A DNA stretch of 64,000 nt from Eledone cirrhosa (Eukaryota), in the NCBI GenBank assembly GCA_964016885.1, contig OZ024757.1:33976001-34040000 (forward strand), given 5' to 3'. A program made the position numbers and the translations under genes. Below, piece by piece: positions 56,661 through 64,000 of the stretch (the first letter of the stretch is position 1; each line of letters begins with the position of its first letter). Below the pieces are notes generated by a model. It was not told where the DNA came from. It was given only the letters and a program-made list of their open reading frames with translations, and searched no databases.

Positions 56661-58116
56661 AATCTTCTCTGCAGTGCTCAGCATGTATTTGTTTTTTTTT
56701 TATATACTGATATAATTAGCTAACTAACAATATATCTATTAATTTAGCTAAGTAATATATTTATCAATGTAATTGGCTAACTAGAATATTTATGAATATA
56801 ATTAGCTAACTAATATATTTCATCATCATCATCATCATTCTGTGGCTTGTCTACATATGTGATCATATCTTGTTCATATGATCCTTTGTTAGCCTGGTTT
56901 TCTACAACCGGTCCGACAGGAGACCCAGGGGGTAGACCCTGAGCAAGATGGTTGGATAACATCTATGAGCTTGGCTGGTCTTGCTTGGGGATCCAGCTGG
57001 ATTAATTGGAGACGGTTGCTTCTGACAGGACCTACAGGAAGGAGTGTTTGAGGACTCTGCTCCCACGACCCTCTCAGGAATAAGTTAGTTAACTAATTAT
57101 TAGTTAACTAATATATTTATCTCTATAATTAGTTAATATTTTTATTAGTATAATTAGCTAACCGCTCTATTTTATGGATGCTAAAGTAATAATCTATCTT
57201 TTAGCCCCTTAATTCCACTGAATTTAGGGTTAAACAACAGAAACATGTCTGATAGCCCATTGCAACAGTTGTTATGGTGCCTAGTATACTGGGTTCAATT
57301 CCTGGACTGGGGGCAGTGCATTGTATTCTTGAGCAAGACACTCCATTTCATACTGCTTTTCATGATAGGACTGAGCCTCCCCCCCCTCATTAATACACCT
57401 GAGAAACTGCATATGAGATACAGCTGCATAGGAGACCAACTAAACCTGCATAGGAGAGCTATAAATTTTGTATTTCATTTCATTTCATTCATATATACAT
57501 GCATAAACATTTCATATATATATATATATATATATATACTCTTACATGCATAAACAAAAGACCCCCCCCCCCGTCATAAATGACCATGGGATTTGCTCGT
57601 AGAAAGTTGCTCTCTGAGGCACAAGTCTGGGCAAGGTTGTTAGTGTGTGTGTGTCTCACTGTGTATGTGTGTACCTATGTAAGGCTGGTTATGTTAATCA
57701 CCTGAAGTCACATGAAAGGATAACCACCTGCAACACCACTCAACAAAGACCTGGCGAAAAACAAAGTGTGTAGAACTAGTTCCAGACTAAAAAAAAAAAC
57801 ATGTGGTGGTACATAAAGATTGTGTCCCACAGGGTGACACCACTGGTCCTGTGGAAAGCACAACTCTCTTCTGTCACCTGTGTAGTAAACCATGTAGATC
57901 TACAGCTGGCCTACAAAGTCATCTACAAAGTCCCACAGGGTGAGCCCACTGGTCCTGTGGAAAGCACAAGTCTCTTCTGTCACCTGTGTAGTAAACCATG
58001 CAGATCTACAAAGTCATCTACAAAGTCATGAACACAGAATCAATAAGAGACGGCAATCGTCTGTTAAGACACTGCAATCCTCATATATATGTTTGTATGT
58101 ATGTATAAGTATGTAT

Positions 58117-58148
<32 letters not shown>

Positions 58149-58164
58149 GTGTGTATATTTGTGA

Positions 58165-58390
58165 AGGTGCATAGCTTAGTGGTTAGAGAGTTGGATTGGC
58201 AATCGTAAGGTTGCGAGTTCAATTCTTGGACCGGGTGATGCATTGTGTCTTTGAGCAAGACACTTTATTTTGTGTTGCTCCTTCTGCCAGGAGTTGTATC
58301 AGCAATGGAAACATTGTTTCCTTGGTCCGATTTGATGAGGTCCACTCCATTCAGCAAATGAATGAGGTCTGGGATCTTGTCAATCGATCA
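58165..58390 (+). mobile_element. tRNA-derived CORE-type SINE
   Basis: A box TAGCTTAGTGGTTAG, B box GAGTTCAATTC and TGTGTCTTTGAGCAAGACACTT. Relatives at 10416-10600 and 13895-14025. Confidence 0.75.
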
Positions 58391-59315
58391 GAATGAGTGT
58401 CTATATATATATATGTGTATGTGTATATATATATATGTGTGTATGTATGTGTATATATATATATATATATGAGTGTGTGTGTATGTGTGTGTGTGTATGT
58501 GTATATATATATATATGTGTGTGTATGTGTATATATATATAAGAGTGTGTGTGTGTGTATATATATATGTGTGCATGTGTATATATATATGTGTGTGTAT
58601 GTGTATATATATATATGAATGTGTGTGTGTATATATATGAATGTGTATGTGTGTATGTATATGAATGTATGTATGTATATGTATATATATATAAATATAT
58701 ATATATATGTATGAATGTGTGTGTGGTTTCCTATGATATAGGCAATGTGCAAACAATCTGACATCTTGGATTTTTAGCTTCAGTTCTCTCATTGAATGAT
58801 CAGAGAGCCTCATGATCATTATATTATATATCGATATATATTGTTCATAGTTCAATCCCAGTAGACAACATATTGGGGTAGAAGTTCCCTCTACCATCGA
58901 GTCGGCTTGACCCAAACCGTGGGTGTTTAATTATGCAAATACCCCTTGAATAGGCTGTACATATTTGGGGTATGGTAAACATCTATCACCTAGATTAACT
59001 CTGCCATTGGGTGCCTTTATCAGAGTCCACTCTGTTGATAGTAATAGGGCTAGCCCTCTAGACTGATAGAATAACTCAATATCCTTCATTCATCCACCTA
59101 CAGGCTTTGTCTACCCAATTTCAATGGAATTTAACCTTTTCATACAAACCCACCTAAAACTGGCTCTGGTTCTATGGAACAAAACCATCCATTTTGAAGT
59201 GTTCCTACTTAAATTTTAAAATTCCAACATAATTTTCTATATGAACTTTTTGATAAGCTGTGTGTGTTACCAATACTATGTTAAAAATGAAATAATTAAT
59301 AAATCCCTCTAAATA

Positions 59316-59651
59316 CAGTGGAACTTTGGTTCAATAACATAATTTATTCCTGAAGGTTGTTTGTCACATGAAATGTTTGTAAACCAAAACTATTTTTCCC
59401 ATACAAAATGTTGAGAGAAATACAGTAAGAGACTGTTTGCGAAAGACAGATAAATACTGCCATAGTAACTAACTACAATGCAAGTGACACTTTCCTGCTG
59501 ATACTCCCAGCTTGTCACCAACTGTTGTTGCTGGCTTGTATGTTCATTACTTGAGACACCATTCATCATCTGAGACGTTTTATATTTAGAAAAATTGTTC
59601 ATGAGCTAATTTGTTCATGATGAAAGGCATCCATGAACTGAGGTTCCACTG
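59316..59651. mobile_element. Tigger/pogo-type MITE
   Basis: TA-CAGTGGAACTTTGGTTCA...TGAACTGAGGTTCCACTG-TA. Confidence 0.85.
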
Positions 59652-61234
59652 TACAATGTATTACATTATTAATATGGCAATGAAAGGGTTAAAGAGTGCT
59701 GAGAGCTGGAACAAATACAAATATGCTTAATTTAATGCTCTAATGATACTGTTTAAACCCATCATGACTGTATTTTTAATGAAGTATACTCTATTTTAAT
59801 TAATTAATTGAAATAATTAGTAAATCCCTTTGCCACTAGGCAAAAGCAAAAAGAAAGAGGGGAAGGAAAGAGAGTGACAGACTCTACACCAAGGTCAGAG
59901 GGGTGTTTTTGCTGTACCCTGTGGACAAAATGGTGAGAAAATTCAGTTTGTAAACAGACGAGTAAAAAAATATCTAAAACTTACTGAAACTCAACATGTA
60001 ATCACTACTTTCCATTGGTGGAGTGTTGTTGCTTTGTTAGAAACATGTGTAATCTTTTTACGAAGTTTTCAAAAAAGAATTTTTTTCTTAACTATTTATG
60101 TGTTTTTTTTTGGGGGGGGGGGGGGATAAAAACACATGCACTGATTCAATTTACTCCAACATGGAGAAAATAGAATAAGATCAAAACAAAGAGAAGAGAC
60201 ACAAGTGCAAGAACAATTATTGAGAATTTCTCAAAATGTGTGATGAAACAGCCTCAACAATTAAATATGACTATTAAACAACCATCATCATCATCATCAT
60301 CATCATCATTTTACCTGGTTACTAAACTAACCAAAGAATGTATTAGTTACCTAACAAAGCTTTATTGATGTTTATAATAAAAAAAGAAAAAATTAGATTG
60401 AGTAAAAAGAATGGAATGTGAAATAATATAAAAACGGAAAAGGAAGGGAAAGGAAAGGGTTCTAGTGTCACAGAAGAATAATGGTTTCTGATTCAGGCAT
60501 AAAGCCAACAAATTTTGAAGCAGGGGAAAGTCGATTAAATCAACCTCACTATGATACTAGTACTTTATTTTATTGACCCTGCAAGCTTGAAAGGCAAAGC
60601 TAACCTAAGCGGGATTTGAACTCAGAACGTAAAGGGTTGTAACTCTATACTGTAGAAACATGTCCGATGCTCTATTGATATTGCCAATCTACCACCCTTA
60701 CCTAACTTATAAGAAAACCAAATTGAAACTCAACTGGTGTGTATGTGCTACATGATCCTCCCAAATTATTCTTAAGTCTTATTAATTTTCCAGATTTTTT
60801 CAAACCCCCTCCTCTCTACTAAATTTAGTTTATCTATCTCTGATGAAATTTTATTTTAAGTAGTAGCATTCCTGCGACAATTAATTTACTTTATATATTA
60901 AAAAAAAACATTATGCACGACAAAAAAAATATAAGAAATCCCATATGTTATAAAATAAATAGGATGGGTTGGGATCTCAATATGTAAACTAAACGACTAA
61001 TTCTGGTTTTTAAAAAAATCAACAGAGACAGCCTAGAAATATTACCGATTTTCCAACCCGCTTGACTGCCACCCAACCCTAACCCCTATTATTTGGGACC
61101 CGATAGTATAAACAATATCTGTTTCAGCAGTACATGATTTCACATCAAGAATCTTGCAAAACAAATACAGAAATGATGTCTCTTTTTTTATTTTTATGTT
61201 TTTCAGGAAATATTACCGATTTGACTTGTTCAAA

Positions 61235-61453
61235 ATGTCCAGCAACAGGCATAAGATGTATCGGAGCCAGACCGGCTGCTGCATCTGTCGCGTGAAATCC
61301 TCTAGCTCTCGCTTTACAAGCAGCGAGCGCTATGAAAGAGACTTTCGGCGGTGTTTTCATGTGGCCAACAGATCAGGGGATATCTGCAATGCGTGCGTAC
61401 TTCTTGTTAAACGATGGCGGATGAGGAAAGACAAAGATCGGCATTGGGAATAT
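61235..61453 (+). CDS. SINHCAF: SIN3-HDAC complex-associated factor (FAM60A), first coding exon
   Basis: MSSNRHKMYRSQTGCCICRVKSSSSRFTSSERYERDFRRCF...RSGDICNACVLLVKRW matches the FAM60A N-terminal Zn-finger motif. Acceptor TTTTCAG ends at 61206; donor GTAAGT at 61454 (phase 0). Confidence 0.96.
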
Positions 61454-63100
61454 GTAAGTTGTTGTAATATTGTATTTTAATCATAGGGTGGTGGATTGGC
61501 AGAATTGATATACCATCAAATAAAATGTCATTCGGGTAACTTTTCTGGCTCTTAATATTCTGAATTCAAATTTTGCCAAGCCAACTTTTCTTTTCCGGAG
61601 TTGATAAAATATTTTTTTTTAAAATAAAGGAGAAAGAGACATATATAGTACATATGTATAGTCCTCGTGATAGAGTCATAGGGGTGCCATATTACATATG
61701 GCTTTCTTGGGCATTTTAAGCCTGGCAGTGCCCATCCCTCTCCAGGCCTGAGTACAGAAGATTTCCTCCAGAGAAATATAGAAAGTGAAAGAGAGAAAAT
61801 GAGAAAGACATATAGAGGAAGACTCCACCCCAGTACGAGACTGGTACTTTTTCTATCGACCTCAAAACGATGAAAGCCAAAGTTGACCTCAGCAGGATTT
61901 GAAGTTTGAGAGCAGAGAGCCAGAACGAATACCACAAAGCATTCTATCCGCCATTCTAATGACTCTGCCAATTCGCCCCCTTCCAGAATTGATATAGCAT
62001 CAGATAAAATGTCATTCAGGTATTTGTTTTAAAGGGCCTCTGGAGGATCTTTACTCGATAAAGTGCGTGACTTGGAGATCCGAATCGAGAGATCACAGCT
62101 CCGATACTATGGGCATGTGGTTAGAATGTTTCAGGAAAGAATTGCTGGACATATTTTATGAGCAAAACCAATCAGTAGGAGACCCAGAGCAAGATAGTTG
62201 GATAACATTCATGAGCTTGGCTGGTCACGCTTGGGGATCCAGCTGGATAAGTTGGAGACGGTTGCTTCTGACAGGACCTGCTGGAAGGGGTGTTTGAGGA
62301 CTCTGCCCCCATGATCCTCTCAGGAATAAGTGAGCAAAGAAGAAGAAGAATGCATTTGTTCTGGCTCTTAACATTCTGAATTCTAATTTTGCCAAGCCAA
62401 CTTTTGCGGTGTTGATGAAATATAATACCTGTCAAATACTGGGGTTGATTTAATCAATTTCGCTCTTTCTCCAAATTTGCTGGCCTTGGCTCAAATTAGA
62501 AATCAGTATTGTATTTTAACTTAAGTCTTAACATCCTGTAAAGATTTAGCAGAAAACAGGTTTGTTAATACAAATATTTATTGTGTCTTTACTACTGGAC
62601 AAATTGTGAAAATTAACAGTATTAGAGTAAAGACTTTAATTTTTGATGAAAACAATGTTTGAGTAAAGACTTTAATTATGATGAAAACAATGGTTTCTGA
62701 TTTAGGCACAAGGCCAACAATCATTTGGGGAGGGGAAAGTTAATTACATAAACCCCAGTGCATTACAGGTACTTTATTTTATCAACCTTCCATACTAGTG
62801 CACCAGAACTAGTATTTTACAGAGTGTACGGGATGCATTTTATCAGAGCACCAGCATTATCATTTTACAAAGTGTACTGGGTGCATGTCATCAGAGCACC
62901 ATCACCATCACATTAAAGACTGTGCTGGGTACATTTTATCAGGGTACCAGCACTGACACTTTAGTGTACTGGGTGCATTTTATCATGGCACCACCATGAC
63001 AATTTACAGACTGTACTAGGTGTATTTTATTGGTGTACCAACAGCGACATTTACACTGGATGTGTCTTTATTTAATTTCATGTTGTGGTTATATTTCCAG

Positions 63101-63203
63101 GTGGTTGATCTCCGATTAAATCCAGGTGCAAGATCTATATTAAAAAGAAAGAAACGGCAGACCAAAGTAGACAACCAAAGTGGAGAACCTCGAAAACATG
63201 GAG
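63101..63203 (+). CDS. SINHCAF: SINHCAF second coding exon (gene continues beyond the window)
   Basis: Acceptor TTTCCAG ends at 63100; VVDLRLNPGARSILKRKKRQ corresponds to vertebrate VVDARAGP; donor GTAAGG at 63204. Confidence 0.9.
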
Positions 63204-63309
63204 GTAAGGAATTTATTGGCTCATCTCTTGCCTCTTGGACAAGTAGATGGACACAGGGCTTCAAAAACTTAACCAATTCTATGCCTTTGATAGATATTGT
63301 GTTAATGTG

Positions 63310-63805
63310 TATGAGGGCCGGCTGAAAAGTTTATAGGCTGACCAAGATACTCTCTTAGAATGTGATCAAATCATCATCATTTCCATTTAGTGTCAAGTCT
63401 GGCCATGTTGCACCTTGCTCAGGCAAGGACTGTAAATTCGTGCAAGTATTTTACAGCTGGATGCCCTTCCTAACACCAACCACATTTACAGTTATTTTTC
63501 AACAAGTCTCCTTTGCACTCCACACATTTCTTCCATCAATATTGCAGTACGTGGACCCCATTAGTGAAAAAGATTTCACCCTGTTACTCAAAAAAGTCAT
63601 CAACAGCAGATATGATGTCACCATCACTACAATACTGGTTCCAAGCCAAGTGTTTTTTTCATGTTAGGGGAACAGATGATAATCAGATGGGGCCAAATCA
63701 GGAGAATAGGGAGGGTGATCAACCAGTTCAACGCCAGTCAAGATTTCACAGCTCTAGCATCATTCTTTCATAGTCAGCCTATGAATCATTCAGCCCACCC
63801 TTGTA
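63310..63805. mobile_element. Internally deleted mariner element
   Basis: TIRs TATGAGGGCCGGCTGAAAAGTTTATAGGCTGAC / GTCAGCCTATGAATCATTCAGCCCACCCTTGTA. The minus strand retains a HPPYSPDLAPSDY motif. Confidence 0.85.
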
Positions 63806-64000
63806 TCAACATCATCATGCGTCCATTTTCCATGCTAGCATGGGTTACGCGGGTTGTCCCATTTGAGGCAAATTGGGTCAGGTGACCGTGTCATACTCAT
63901 GTAGAACTGTTTTTGGCTAGGTGCCCTTCCTAACGCCAACCAGTGGATGCATTATGGTGGGATGGTTAAGAAGTTCATTTCACAATCAAAAGGTTCTGGG

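Noticed and set aside
60840-60870. CTGATGA motif
   Set aside because: No stem II or properly placed GAAA-stem III.
61154-61480. 108-aa single-exon ORF as the full protein
   Set aside because: It extends through the splice acceptor and donor into intron sequence; the coding part is 61235-61453.

Overview
Repeat-dense, AT-rich animal genomic DNA. The microsatellite load and SINE/RTE families suggest an octopod cephalopod (inference). The one recognisable host gene is SINHCAF/FAM60A (Sin3-HDAC complex-associated factor) on the + strand, with coding exons at 61235-61453 and 63101-63203 and a probable non-coding first exon and CCAAT promoter near 33.1-33.6 kb. The rest is microsatellites, minisatellites, a ~5 kb TA-derived satellite, and fragments of RTE and Ingi-type LINEs, mariner, Tigger, hAT, piggyBac-type and Helitron-type elements. 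The most striking signal is a dense set of small non-coding elements inserted in (TA)n tracts that carry type I hammerhead ribozymes (HHRs) of the Penelope-like-element kind: 8 structurally complete copies plus several degenerate or half copies from at least 6 unrelated families. Many are arranged as long fold-back palindromes, and several fold back exactly at the ribozyme's stem II hairpin. No autonomous Penelope ORF is present. All folds and alignments were read by eye, not computed.
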